The notes under the pieces were generated by a model. It searched no databases. It was not told the DNA's origin and saw nothing but the letters and a program-made list of their open reading frames with translations. The position numbers and the translations under genes were made by a program. Shown piece after piece: positions 16,808-29,975 of a DNA stretch of 64,000 nucleotides; position 1 is the stretch's first letter, and every line of letters begins with the position of its first letter. The DNA comes from Sarea resinae. Taxonomy: Eukaryota. The stretch is from the NCBI GenBank assembly GCA_026026165.1, contig JAPEUD010000069.1:62001-126000 (forward strand), written 5' to 3'.

Positions 16808-18583
16808 CTAGTAGTATAAGGCCTTTTGCCACCATAGACATCTCGCATTTGCAGCAGGGTCGATCGTCTCTCTGATGCCCGTAATATTGAGGTCCATGGT
16901 CTGACTGCCATTGCCGAAGAGGTCGAACCGAGGGACGCCGGCTCGATTGGGGCTGCCTGTCTCTGCAAAGCTCGTTATGTAGTCCTGCAATGCCAAGGCG
17001 ATGGTGCCATTCACCCCAGAAGTCTTCCCGTTTCGATACGTGTACTTGGTGTCTGAACCATGAATCCCAGGCGGAACGCTGAAGATATAGGCATAAGTCC
17101 GATTATCGAAAGCCCGGTCGAGGTAGTAAGTGTTACATGTGAAGATCGCCTCAGAGACTGCCAGAGCCGCGCGGGAGTATTGGTCCGTATATCCGTAGGT
17201 GCCGTTGAACACGGAAGGATAAAGGGTCCCCGTGACATACTGAAGTATACTTGGGCTCATGTCTGGGAAGTTTGCTTGAATATATGCTGCAAAGGAAGAG
17301 TCATTCGTGGCGGCGGGATCGGTGAAAAGGAGACCTTCATCGGAATTGTGGCCCACCATGATCGTCAGATTCTTATTGAAAGACCCCTGAAGAAGCAGCT
17401 TTCCTGGTAGCCCGGGTACAAAATCGCCATCAACCACTGGGCCGTACGTAAACATGCCGTACGAAGAAGCCAACCCAACTTGCTCAATATTTGCCGTTAT
17501 CAGGGTGGCCGAAGGCAGCTGCCTAGCCTCTTGAATTGAGCTGACATTCAGCAAGCTCAGGAAGGTTTGAAAGACTGTCTCCTGTTGGAGGCTTCCAGGT
17601 ACCTGATTAAATCCAGGACTCTGTGGGAGTGCTTGCTGGAAGGGTACCGCGCCTTTGTTCCCTCCATATGCTGTTATTTGATGCATCACACTGCCCCCGC
17701 CTGCAGACTCGCCAAATATGGTGACCCTGTTTGGGTCACCACCAAAGAGGTGTATATTAGTCTGCACCCACTCCAGCGCCATGCGCTGATCGAGCAGACC
17801 TGCGTTGGCGGTACCATTTGACTGTAAAGTGGGACCGGATAGCCAGCCAAACGCACCCAACTGAGCAGGTTAAGACATCGTTCCATCTAACAGTCTGGAG
17901 GCATGCCACTTACCCTATAATTCATTGCTACATAGATAACCCCCGGATTCGGGCCGTATTCACTTCGCGCTATGAGACCTGCTGGGTTTCCGACACCACC
18001 TTTATCACCGGATGTATAGCCTCCGCCATAAATCCACACCAGAACAGCGGCTCCAGACGAGTTGGAAGTGTTACGAGCCTCGAATATGGGCTGTGGCACC
18101 ATCACATCCAGGAACAAGCAGTCCTCCGTTGTTCTCGGATCCTGTGGAGGTAATGAAGTTGCGCTTCCGTTCGAGCTGGCCGACGCGTCGGAGGCATTGT
18201 AGGGAATTCCATGCGTGTAGTCGTGCACGAAAACCTCCGCAGTCGCTAACCACGCCGGATCAGCTTGAGGGCAGATGCGCCCAACACTACCAGTCTGAAT
18301 GGCCGTGCGGTTCTTTGCTGGAGGTGCCGGTGCGGCAAAACGAAGATTTCCTAGCGGCGGAGCAGCATATCTGATGTTGCTGAAATTGTAATATGCCCCC
18401 GTCGCCTACAGGAGTCAGTGATCTTTATAGAACAGCTAGCAGGTTGGCCGTCCTTACATTTAGAGAGTTCGCCTGGTAAATTTCATAGCCAAGATCGACA
18501 GTGGGGAGCGCCGACGTGTTTTGCGCAGCTGCTAAAGCGGCCAAGCATAGCACCAAAGCGACCTGGACCACGAGTGGGAGCAT
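16808..18583 (-). CDS. Secreted type-B carboxylesterase/lipase
   Basis: Signal peptide [20 protein letters not shown]; motifs [51 protein letters not shown] (catalytic Ser) and PPGIHG. Two introns (about 18406-18457 and 17861-17914). Confidence 0.93.
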
Positions 18584-19731
18584 GATGGACGATAGGCAGC
18601 CCTGGCGAGAAGAAGAGGGCGTCCATGGTTACAGAAGACTCTCGAGGGCATCATATAGTCCTGGGCTGCCAGAGAGGTTAGTACGCTTCCGGATACAGAG
18701 GCCATTGGGACAGCCAGGTCGTAGCACGGACAGACGCCGAGGAGTCAGCTCGAATAGGGCAAGTTCAAGGGCCCGGATCGCTTTTGTTGTACAAAGTTGC
18801 CTTGGTGCAACTTGCTCACGGCCTTGGTAGGCACTGCGAAGTAGGCCAACCCACAGCAGATACCTAGTAGTGCGCAGCAAGGTGATGAGCATACTCCGGA
18901 GTAGACAAGATGTTGGAAGATCCATCGAGGTAATTTACTGTAGTGAAGACCTTGTACACAAGAGTTCCCCACTTCCTCACCAATCACGTCCTGGTCTTTG
19001 AGGCTATCATGCCCGGAATCGCCTAGTGCGCTTGATACTGCCGCGTAAGATGGCTGATCGCGAGTGCGCATCATACCGTTCTGGCTGAGACCTCCAGGCC
19101 TTACATCGATGCATCTCATACTGATTTCGTATTTCGTACGTATCATGGCCAAGGCACTGGAAGCCCGTGGGCACGGGCTGAAGGCATTCCCTGTAGGTCC
19201 GTAAGCCCCCCAGCTGTTCCTGTCCACTAAGAAAGATCGGCTATCTGTCGAGGCAATTTCCAAGTAGCTCTTTGCAAGCCTCAGCCCCGCACCATGTAAT
19301 GGCAACAACAGGCTTCAAACCTGGTATCTCAGTGAGAGCATGCTGAATGCGCAGCGCTCAGGAGCGGGGTCTGACATTTGCCCCAGAGTGTCGACGGGGT
19401 AACGATGTCGGTGCGAGGTGACCAGCCGTCACCGAATCATCGCTGGCCATGTGGTATACGCCATGTTTGGCTGTCAACGAGAATGCTAATGTTTGTTTCC
19501 TGGCCGGAATAAGATGCTCGAGATACACTTTTCCGTTCCTCTCTTTATCTTGCTCTCCGACTTTGACACTGCTGCTCTGCCCTTTTGATTTCCCCTTTGG
19601 CTTTCGCTTCGTTTCGTATCCTTGACTTGCTCTGCTTCGTTTTCGGCTCGTCTCTCTCTCTTGCGCTCAAAACAAATACAGTTGCCATCGTCCCGTGAAG
19701 ACTCTCGAAGCACATCCCGAGTATTCAAGCT

Positions 19732-20510
19732 TCACGACGTCTTTTTGACGGGAACAGTGCCCAGAAGCACAGTCGTGCAACTAGCCGGATAATTGGGCTC
19801 GGCCAGCGGCTTATACTGCGCAAACAGTTGCGGGACGCCATGATACCATTGGCCTAAGAAAAACACCACCACCGACATCAGCATCGCAAGTCCAGAGAAA
19901 ATAGAATCCAAGAGGTATTCTTTCTTCGACCGGTTACAGGAATATACGGATTACTCACAGACCAACCATCCGCCAAACGACTCATCGCTGCTCCAAATGC
20001 CCGGCTTCTCCCCATCGATGCTCAAGCCCGTGCTCGGTGCCTGAATACTATTGATCGACACGCTCTCCCACTGGGCATAGTAATCATTGCCCTGTGGCAC
20101 ATCAAGCCCGAAGCCATCTGCCCCGCCATCCTCGAGATCGAACTACATCACCAAAGTCAGAGTTTCCTCATGTAGGCCCCGGAGATATGTAGGCGCTGCT
20201 CAACAAAGTCGGCAGGAGTTCGACATACAATGATGGAATCATTCCTCTGAAATGCTGGCGTGGCACCCGTGATGTTCTTCACGAACGTAGCATCATTTGT
20301 GCCCGCTCCCGTGTGGAAGACGGCTAGGTAGTAGTTCTCGTACGGGATGGGCGTGTGGCCATAATCAGGAGGGCGGGCGATCTGGATGTAGAATTCGTTC
20401 GTGTTGTTGCTATTGTCTGGGGCATCACGGGGTGTCAGGAGGAAGGGCGAAGCCGTCGCCAGGCCGGAAAGCAGTGGAAGGAACACGAGTGCTGTGGTCG
20501 CGAATCTCAT
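19732..20510 (-). CDS. Small secreted protein, conserved fungal hypothetical family (3 exons)
   Basis: Signal peptide MRFATTALVFLPLLSGLATA. Splicing GTATGT..TAG (about 20143-20228) and GTGAGT..TAG (about 19854-19957) gives an open frame with FHTGAGTND, FGGWLVCQWYHGVPQLF and PASCTTV, ending TGA at 19732. Confidence 0.8.
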
Positions 20511-22524
20511 GATGGTTGATATGTCGACAGGGCTATTTCTGGGATGCGGGATGTGAATTATTTTTGAGCTATGAATTTTCTCTGCTTGATGCGATATGAA
20601 GACATGGCATCCCTAGAAGGGCGCTTCTCATCATCTTTATATCCTGATTCCTCTGACCTCCCCATCCCCGCGCCTCACCCCTCACTCGCTCATATCTAGT
20701 TTCCGAGACTAAGAAGCCTCTTCGAAGATCCTCTCCTGTCCAAATACGAAGTATACGAGCATCACGAGTCCTCGTTGGGGGAGCCGTCACTATAGTTCAG
20801 CTGCCATTGTTTACGAGCAGCTCCAAAGGGCTAAGCTTAATCACTGAGAGCCTATCTATCTCACCTCAGACGTCTACCTTGATTACCTATCTAAGGTAGA
20901 AAGAATCTAGCTATTCATGATCCTGATCAGTAAACAAGAACATCCATTTCTCATCTGCAGCCATCAGCACGCCCGGACTCATTGCCGAGGGGTTGCTTGG
21001 GCTCGGTGATGCGAATACGAGTAGCTAGACCAGCTCGTGATGCCTGTGCCTATGAGAACCTACCTAAGTCTAAGGTAAGCCAGTAAACACGGAGATGTGC
21101 GTATTATTTGAGTCTTCAATCGCCTACTGTAAGGTGGCTCGCTAACAACACAAAATACGAACCGCCCAACCTCACCGCAAAGACAAAGAAGAAGAGAAAA
21201 ACCACCATCACTATCTCAAATCCCATATAGAGATCCCATAATTAATCTCAATGACTTTTTTTTCATTTCTCTGCTCGTATACCTGAGTTTAACCTCAACC
21301 GGCAAAGGCCACAATCACGGAGCTACTATCCTCCTTCACCAACGTACCTTAAGGTAAGGAAAGTGAGGAAAGTAAGGCGTGTTGTTAGTGACTAAGACAT
21401 ACCTTGGTGCTCGGTCTACATAGTAGGCCCGCTGACGCTGATAGCAGCCTCAACATCTGTTTACACGGACAGAAATTCTGTATTGAATGGAGAGTCTCGG
21501 ATTTTCAAGTAAGGAGAGGACTTTGTAGATCAAGTTGAATAAGAATAAGAATAAGATGTCTCAGTATCTGACTTACCTTTATCCCACCGAAATTAAAGAA
21601 AGACATCAGCACCTCACCTCGCCTACCTCGACTCCGGGCTCTGGAAAATAAATGACGGAAGAGCACAGCACAGCACAGCACAGCTGGACAGCACCCAATG
21701 GGACGGGACGGAAATGCGGGATCCAGCCTACCAAGGATGAATGTGCAAGCGAGCTGGAAGGCTGGGTGGGGGATCGGGTACGGCCCGAGGAGGCGACGGA
21801 ACGGAACACTAAGGTAAAGGCGAATAACTGCGCAGTGCCTAAGTACGGTAGGTAGGAAGTGTAAGGTAAAGTACGGAGTAGAGTACAATACCTGGAGTAC
21901 TCTGGAATGGATCGAGAGTCCAGGACCACAAAAAAATGCCACCCGAGACAAGCGTAATATTGGTGGACAAATCCATGGAAATGAGGAATGGAAGGGCGCA
22001 TCCATACGGAGTAGAAAACGAGGGTGGCACAGCCCGAAAACATGGATCCGTGGAAACTGGAGACGGATTGGAAAAGCGTCATCCGCTATACTTAGATACT
22101 ACGGAGTAAATCACCTAGTAGGTAAGGTGCTAATGTAGCGAGCGCTACGGAGTTTACAGACATGATATCCAACTGTCGGGCCATGAGTATGGGCATGCAG
22201 TACGGCATCACCACATCATCCAATGGACACATGCTGTGAAACCCGGCAAGGCAGCAAGCACGAGCACGAGCACTACTTCGCAAGCATGAGCCAAAGCAGG
22301 CTCCAGGCGCTACTGCAGGCGGTGGGACTTATAGACTACAAAAGGTGTAGTGGGAGACGTCGTGAACCGTTCCAGAACTCTTTGTTTGCAGCAGGTGATA
22401 TGATACCTAGCAAACGCATCACACCATAGTATTCTCGATGAACAGGGTCTAGGAGGTGATCTTTAGACATCTCCAGGAAGGAAAAACACGAACAAGCTTT
22501 TTTCCTATTCGTTACATGACACAT

Positions 22525-24167
22525 TCACATAACAAATAGCAGATTGGTATCTAGATGTTGGAGTCAGCAAAGAGATTCTTTCACTTTGTAAACAAACCAA
22601 GGCAAGAGAGAAGTCCTACCAAGGGGATGACTGCAGCTGAGTTGTGGCTTCTGTGTGTATTTTGCTTGAAGCTCGTCTCTGATGCTGTTGAGCAGCTGCA
22701 CATAGCTTTGTCGCGGATTCTTCTTCAGCGCAGCGACAAACGCCCATGACATCGCGCCAGTGGCTTCACCTGCGATCTGCGCATCTTGCCTATGAAGAGT
22801 AAAAGCACCGGAATCAGCCATTCGCCCAAATGAGCAAAGCAAAGGGATACTTACGATGTCTGCGTGTCCTTGCTTCCTGACCACATAATCACATCCGCTG
22901 GCGATGTCTTGGTCTGCCTAGCTCGATTAATAGCTTCCTCGCCCGTCGTTGCTTTCTTGAAGAAATCCATTGCGGTGGAAGCTATGCCGCCCATATCGCC
23001 GCGTGCGTATGCGGAAACGATACCAAGGAGACCCTGTCCCGCTTCTTTGGCAAGATTAGGCTCTTTGAGGACACCCTGGGTCGAGTATATGTAGGGGAGG
23101 TCGAGGGCAGAGCCTGAGTGGCATGAATCGAAGATTGCGGTCAGTCGGACACCAGGTTGAAGAGGTTTGACCCTGCATAAGTAAGTATTCTGGGGGTCAC
23201 GATAATGACCCTGGCATGGCTTCTTACATTATGTCGTGCATAAGGTCATCTACAATGTGGCCGGTCTGTCTGAAGTCCACGGGATAGATGACCTCGTCGT
23301 ATCCGTCATCTTCGTCGCCATCGAGGTCCTTGGTTTGCCCGCCATGGCCTAGTTGAGGTCAGTATCGGCTATAGATCTTGAATGGCGAGTTGGTCATACC
23401 TGAATAGTGGAAGAAAAGAGAATCGTTTGGTCTCGCATCTTTGACGAGCCAGTTCATCGCTCGTAGTATATTCTGCTTCGTTGGCTGACTCATTGGATTT
23501 TGCTGGTCATCAGTCAATATGACCATATCCTCCCTCTTGTAACTGAACTGCCTGTGCAAAAACTCAGACATATTCTTGACATCATTTATGCATCCCCTCA
23601 ACTGTCCGCGCTGTCCAAAATAGTTAATGCCGATGAGGAGAGCCTTCCGCCGCCCGGTGCAGTTTGAGTATTGAAAGTTATAACCTTGAGGAGCACCCTG
23701 TCCAAAGCCTTGTTGGCCCTGAGGAGGAGGAGGTGGGCCGTGTTGATGTTGAGCTAGGCAACTCTTAGTTCTAGACTTGAAGACTTTGTCCCGTGGAGAG
23801 CATTTACCTGGATGTCCGTAGGCTGGAGGTCCGCCATTTTGTTGATAACCCATAGGGGGAGGCTAAAGCTACTACTTAGCACGAGACTATAAATCAGAGC
23901 TCTGCAACTCGCCTGCTGATATCCGTATGGCTGCGGCGAAGGGGAGGGTTGGCCATAGCCGTAAGGTGGTTGAGGCGACGGTACTTGCTGTGGGTAGCCG
24001 TAACCTTGTGGTCTGATAGGAGATTCAGTTGAGACTTTGTATGAAGAGAAATCAAAGAATCCTTACGGATACGGTTGTTGCGGCGGTGGGTAGCCTTGAG
24101 GCGGATAGTTTGGCTGCTGCGGCGGGTAGCCAGCGCCAGGATAACCTTGGCCGGGATAATACGACAT
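22525..24167 (-). CDS. MCA1: Type I metacaspase
   Basis: P/Q/Y/G-rich prodomain; [23 protein letters not shown] (catalytic His), FDSCHSG (catalytic Cys), GAMSWAF and [11 protein letters not shown]. Several short introns; ends DTNLLFVM*. Confidence 0.95.
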
Positions 24168-25893
24168 CTCGCGAACTTCTTTTCCTTCTGGACTCTGATA
24201 TATGTTCGACAGATAGATACGATCAGTCTTCGAGACTGTTGGCGCTATATGTGGAATACGATGGTATGTCGAGTTTGGGGCAGTCAGCGATAGGGCTGGA
24301 AATGGTGGGTAATGTATCAACGTCAACGCTGCTCTAAAGCGTTTGGCGGGGTAATATTCAATATGGTACCGGCCCACGACCAAATCCGGTCACGGATCGA
24401 TTGTGGGAAATGCAAGTTAGAATGAGAAAGAGAAGGAGAAGTTACGTTTTCGTGAAAGTCAAATTCGATCAAATCCTGAGCAAGCTGCCAATTTTAATAC
24501 TACCTTACAGAAGACAAACTGCCAAGCTGACTTCAAAATTGCTCATCTAGCGCAAGGGAAGCTTCGAAGAGATGAATGGCCGGCATGCGCGGCCGAGTGC
24601 AAGGGTCACTGGCTCGTCCCCGATCTTACCTTACTGTGCAGTACGAGGGCTTGCGTACTCTGACGAGACCACTCCTCGCACCCACTCCGCAAGAGTCTGG
24701 AAAAGAGGCTGAAGGGTCCAATAGCACAGCCCGACCTCCCCATCTCGGAGAGTCCGGTTGATTCTTTTTATAGACCACCTACCTACCTACCTACCTTCCC
24801 TTCCCTCCCTCCCTCTATGTCGCCAGCTCTTCGACATGCATACTCGCAGATCATCACATCTATCCAATGTTGGCTCTTCGAGATCTTCCATTGTTGTCGC
24901 TCATTATTCTTTAGTACTAGGTAGGGATGGAGACATTACGCTGGTGCTAGGAGCACACCGCACTGTGGCCATATCTCTGCCGGTATCGCTCACTCGTCAA
25001 GAGCGGTACTCCGGAGTAGACCTATGGCGCTTCTGTCAAAACATAAACAACGTGCGCACCTGTTGGAAGGGCGCCTGCGTGCGTCTCCCCCAGTAGAGGA
25101 ATTCGTATCACAGGGTGCAAGTTTCGTCGGTCGGCACGTGGACATCCATGGATGTATGCATATTCTGTGGCTTCGGGCACACGCCTCTCGGTATGGGAGC
25201 ATAACGTAGGTCGTTTCCTCAAGTCCACCTCTGAATATACACATGTGGATTTCGACGGAACTCAACTCTAAGAGTGTGCCTGGGAGTTGTTTTAGTATGC
25301 CTTCTTGCATCACTACGAGGCTAAACTACGTTGTCAGACTTCCGTTCCGTAGTTGCTATCGTCGGATAGCTTCAAACGAGGAACCGCCATTCCATAGCAA
25401 ACTAGATTTTAAGACAGTATACTATGCGTCACTAATCGCTTGGGTTGACCATTAGGTGCTATGCACAGAGTGAGAATGGTAGTTGTCGCAGGAAGATCAT
25501 GCACGATTGGGCTTCACAGCGGGTTTCAGTCAACAAGGCTCGAGCGTCAGAGGCGTGGACCTTCCATCAACCGTGTCGGACCAGGCTGGGTCAGGATATG
25601 CTCGTTGCATCTCCAGTTTGGTAAAAAAGGACGACTGAGATGCTCGATGAAACCAATGGGTAATCTATTCTTTGCCTAGATCATCGGAAAACCCGCCATC
25701 CACAGAGGCGCCAGCGACGTTCCTTGAGGCGTATGCACGGAGAGAGTGCGAAATCAGACGGCCTAGCTGAAAATCCTCTGTAATGAAGCGCTAGTTAATC
25801 TTCATACACAATGATACTAAAGACCAAGTCCTCAGAGGGCTTTCCGTCCCGTAAAAGTCCATCCCAACCAGCATTTCATCATCAATCAACCAC

Positions 25894-26513
25894 CTAAGCC
25901 TGAGTCGTCTTCGCCGCCTGCTGCTGCGGGTTCACCTTCTTTCCATCCTTGTTGTACCGAACCCTTGGCGGTGGGGCACGGTTACGGCGACCCTCCCGGG
26001 AGCGAACACTGTATTGAGCATGTGAGCGAGATCCTCGACTGGACATTAGATTTTGGGACGTACCGAACAATCTTTCCGTGGATGGCGCAGGAGACACAGT
26101 ACTGAAGCTTCAGGTACATCTTTGGGACGGCGTATTCGGGGAAGACCGAGGCGTCGCTGATATCACCTGCAGACACACCGCGCTCGTCAGTAGATGCTCA
26201 ATCCAGATCAAACGCCGGATAGCGATTCGCCATTCCGAGGACTCGAGTTGTGCTCTGCCGCGAGCATTCGATTGGGCTCCCGGGAAAGTGGCACGTACGA
26301 ATGGCAGCGGACTCAACCATGTTTCGGATGGTAAATCTCTTGATTGCCTTGTCCTTGGGAGTGCATCTTGAGCAGTTGGAGCAACGGATTGGCTTGACGT
26401 GGCCGCGGCCCTTCTTGTTACGACCGCTGTAGAATCCGGTCAGTTCTTGATCGTCGTTGGTAAAAACCCTGCATCGAGAGAGAATCATACTTGGACGCGC
26501 GCTTCTTGACCAT
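25894..26513 (-). CDS. RPS26: 40S ribosomal protein S26 (eS26)
   Basis: [38 protein letters not shown]...[13 protein letters not shown]...[14 protein letters not shown]. Three coding introns plus a 5'-UTR intron at about 26525-26587. Confidence 0.97.
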
Positions 26514-27079
26514 GTTGGCGGATTCTGTCAAATGTCGGGTTAGAATGGATAACTTTGCTTCAGGATTTTCGATATGCGTCACGGACCTTTCGGACAACGG
26601 TTTTGGCGGTCGAAAGAGTGGGTGGGTGGCGGTGAATTGGCGCTGCTATCCTTCGATTTTGGTGTTGTAAGCGGCTCCGCACAAATGGGAGGCGAAGCGA
26701 AGATCAGGGCTGCTTGTACCCTTATCTAATCTCGGATCTAGATCAAAGTCACCTGATCGTCACGATCTTGCTCAACAAAGCAAGCAACTTAAAATCAGAA
26801 AAAGTGATGGATGATATGATGAATACTGATTATTTAATGCTCTCCAGTTTTAAGATCGGAGGAAATACAAACAATATATTTTGTTCCGAAATTCACTAAT
26901 TCTGATTAGTGGGGATCCCTGCCAAGACTTGTGTTGTCGTCCCTGAACCGAACCGAAGATTACCAGCATAGCAACGATATCTCCGCCTACGCGTAGGCAA
27001 CTGCACTGCGGGAAACATCTGGTCCTGGAGTGAACAACCAACGACTGCTTTGAACTCATCCTTGACCTGACCGTTCATC

Positions 27080-29285
27080 ATGTCGACTACCGGTACTTTT
27101 AGGGGTACGCCAACTCGTGGGCAGAGTAGAGGTCAAATGCCTGCTTTCCCCAGCAGTCCCTCTGGCATACCTCGCCCTTCAGTTGAAACCCACGGCAGTA
27201 CTGTGGCCCAGAGCGAGACAAACACCTCAACGTTGAGCACTAGCAGGCAGAAGCAATCGAAGAGAGATGAGGTATGCTCTGTTTTTTGAAGGATTAATCC
27301 GATCTATCCAGTAATCACCGATATATACTGATCGTCTCAGGCGATTCGGAAGAAGATTGAGAATGACCTTAGCAAGAAGAGGGCCACAACAGCGAGAGCT
27401 CGACAGACACGAAAAGCCCCTCCCGGTACCGTCCTTGCACTGAAGCCAAGCCCAGCTCTCCAGATCAAACCGAACATCACTGTAGCTGAGGCCGCCCAGT
27501 TGATGGCCGCAAAGCGTGAGGACTGCGTCCTAGTTACCGATGATAACGACCGCATCGCGGGCATTTTCACCGCGAAGGATCTGGCATTCCGAGTTGTTGG
27601 TCAGGGCATCAAGGCCCGAGATGTCACCATTGCTGAGATCATGACAAAGAACCCTCTTTGTGCCCGAACGGATACAAGCGCTACCGACGCTTTGGATCTG
27701 ATGGTCAGAAAGGGATTTCGTCACCTGCCTGTGATGGATGAGAATCAGGATATATCTGGGGTGCTTGACATTACCAAGTGTTTCTACGATGCTATGGAAA
27801 AGCTCGAGCGTGCTTATAGCTCGTCACGAAAGCTTTACGACGCTTTGGAGGGCGTACACTCGGAGCTCGGTTCTAGCCAGCCGCAGCAAATCATCCAGTA
27901 TGTGGAGACTTTGCGGCACAAAATGTCTGGTCCGACCCTGGAATCTGTACTGAATGGGATTCCTCCAACCACTGTTTCAGTGAGAACTTCTGTGAATGAC
28001 GCTGCAGCCTTGATGAGGGAGAATCATACCACGGCGGTGCTTGTCCAAGACCAAGGGTCTATTACCGGAATTTTCACAAGCAAAGATGTCGTTCTTCGTG
28101 TGATTGCACCGGGGCTTGACCCTGCAAACTGTAGCGTCGTGAGGGTGATGACCCCTCATCCTGATTTCGCCCCAATGGATATGAGCATCCAGGCTGCACT
28201 GAGAAAGATGCATGGTGACTACCCCTACCCATTCCCCCTTTGTGTGCGAAGTTATCGTCGCTAATCCGAGAAGATGGTCACTACCTCAATCTGCCCGTCA
28301 TGAATGAGCCGGGTGAGATTGTCGGCATGGTGGACGTACTGAAATTGACATACGCCACATTGGAGCAGGTCAGTCCTATGTGAATAGTGCAAGCGTTTCA
28401 GGTCTGACTTATATATGATAGATAAATACAATGTCGACAGGCGACTCGGAAGGCCCTGCATGGAGCAAATTCTGGCTCTCCCTTGATCACGAAACAGAGT
28501 CGATGGTGTCTGGCGAGGGAAGTCACGCCCCTCACACGCCAGTCAATCGTTCACTCATGTCTCCTGATCTGTCGCGACCCAACATGGATCGCGGAGACAG
28601 TGTGCTTCCTAATGAATCAGCCTCTCATCTTGGCGCGGACTCTCCTCCCCAATCTGCGGTAAATGAATCTCCTTCGATTCCACCGGAGGATGTTCCGTTT
28701 CCTTTCAAATTCAAAGCACCAAGTGGCCGTGTTCATCGGCTCCAAGTTGTTCCATCTGCCGGGCTTGCGGAAGTGATTGCAAATGTGACGGCAAAACTTG
28801 GTGGAGAACTCGAGGCTGTAGGCGGCGAGACGACCTTCGAAGACGGCAAAATTGGGAGATCCGGTTATGCTTTGAGCTACCTTGACAACGAGGGTGACAC
28901 CGTCTCCATCACAACGGACCATGATCTTCTTGAAGCAGTCAATTTGGCGCGCCAGACTCGGAGAGACAAGGTGGATCTTTTTGTGCATGACCCAGAAAAG
29001 CCGCCAATTCCTGTGACTGTCGACCCCCGCCCTGCCTTACCCCAGCAACCTACTCCTCCAGCATCTTCCGTTCGGGATCGAAGGAAGCAATCGACTGAAG
29101 AGGAGGAAGACGATGAGGAAGTCGGATCCGTCATACGAGAGAGGAAGCAGGGCATTTCACCCGCTAGGCAAGAAGAGCAGCTGATTGCTGGTGTTCCCAA
29201 TGACCTTCTTCTTCCCGGCGCTATCGTCACACTTGCTGTTGTCATCGTCGGCGTCTTTGCCCTCAGTCGGACGGGCCACCGATGA
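27080..29285 (+). CDS. CBS-domain/PB1-domain protein with C-terminal membrane anchor (Mug70-like)
   Basis: Four CBS repeats (GIFTAKDLAFRVV, GFRHLPV, GIFTSKDVVLRV, GHYLNLPV), a PB1 domain (FKFKAPSGRVHR...LSYLDNEGDTVSITTD) and a terminal TM helix. Introns at about 27272-27340, 28215-28273 and 28369-28422. Confidence 0.9.
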
Positions 29286-29975
29286 TCAAGCAGATCCTCA
29301 TCATTACCTGTTCGCCTCAATTTACCTCTGCGCTCTTTCTTTAAATCGTATCATGATATCCTTCAAGCGAGTGTAGCATCCCCATGGCAATAATAGCAGT
29401 CAATACTATAGTCAAGCCAGCGCTTCCAGATAGCCTGCCTCTGCATTAATAATGTACATATCTTATATAAGATGGTGGGGACTTCATCGTCACACATCGT
29501 GATTCTGCGACCATTCTATGCCGTGGTCGTACTAAACCCAAATCCATGGATGAGCACTAGGCTGCGTCCGTTGTCAATCTCCAGCTCCACTGTGAAGATG
29601 CGATTCGCTGTAGGCAGCCCTCGACCACCGTACGAAGTACCTGCACCTCGCAGCTTGCCGGACAGGCCCAAAATCTTTGGATCGCGTTGCTACGCACACA
29701 CCCCACTATGCAACATATCACTAAACGCCCAAGGGTCCCCCACGGTATTCCGAAATTATTTCCAGTCACGGAGGTGTGAAGGCCTCGAAATACGATCGTG
29801 TTTCAGAAACTTCTTCTTCACCTTACATCAACCGTCACCCTCTTATTGCGCACACGTCTGTTGATGTCCCTTGCTGGACCAACATTGTGGGCTGTTCGCG
29901 CTTTGTTGGGTTCGTCGTTCCTCTAGCTCTCGCGGACGTGGCATTCCTGTCACCTTCAAACACCCTCGAGTCAAA

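Noticed and set aside
18629..19728. ORFs of 80-187 aa between the carboxylesterase and the secreted protein
   Set aside because: Mostly non-ATG starts, no domain motifs and no codon bias; likely chance ORFs.
21505..22082. Overlapping 158-166 aa minus-strand ORFs
   Set aside because: They arise from repeat-rich, strand-skewed DNA such as (CACAG)n and show no protein-like features.
26167..26297. Longer RPS26 intron as a snoRNA host
   Set aside because: No convincing box C; the CTGA present is part of the branch point.
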